Below, piece by piece: positions 63,958 through 64,000 of a stretch of 64,000 bases of DNA; within the stretch, counting starts at the first letter, position 1, and every line of letters starts with the position of its first letter. The translations under genes were made by a program, and so were the position numbers. The DNA comes from Octopus bimaculoides (taxonomy: Eukaryota): assembly GCF_001194135.2 (NCBI RefSeq), contig NC_068984.1, positions 145,041,050 to 145,105,049 on the forward strand, in the 5' to 3' direction. The notes beneath the pieces were generated by a model that did not search any database, was not told the DNA's origin, and was given only the letters and a program-made list of their open reading frames with translations.

Positions 63958-64000
<43 letters not shown>

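Overview
Eukaryotic non-coding-dominated DNA from a gapped short-read assembly. It has many N runs and very dense (AT)n, (AC)n, (AG)n, (GAT)n, (GAA)n, (ATAC)n and (GATA)n microsatellites. The repeat landscape looks like an octopus genome (inference from the SINE, RTE and microsatellite content, not checked against a database). Nearly all listed ORFs are microsatellite or N-gap artefacts. Supportable content: (1) three tRNA-headed SINE families, here called B, C and D; (2) many 5'-truncated 3' ends of an RTE-clade LINE with (GAT)n tails, plus decayed RTE and CR1/L2 reverse-transcriptase fragments; (3) a decayed DD37D/maT-type Tc1/mariner transposase, a decayed hAT transposase in two pieces, and hAT, mariner and Kolobok-like MITEs; (4) a few unique islands with good splice signals that may be exons of unidentified host genes, best at 39385-39543 (-), 54145-54311 (-) and 54833-54899 (+). 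The most interesting signal is four minimal type-I hammerhead ribozyme motifs in different sequence contexts: 5361-5418 (+), 11814-11936 (+), 52246-52290 (-) and 58768-58815 (-). Each has the palindromic, or CpG-decayed palindromic, stem-III tetraloop typical of Penelope-like elements and non-LTR retrozymes. One sits in a 353-nt unit that is partly repeated head-to-tail and occurs circularly permuted elsewhere in the window, as expected for a retrozyme that moves through a circular RNA. No CRISPR array, rRNA or genuine tRNA gene is supported, and no host gene can be named.
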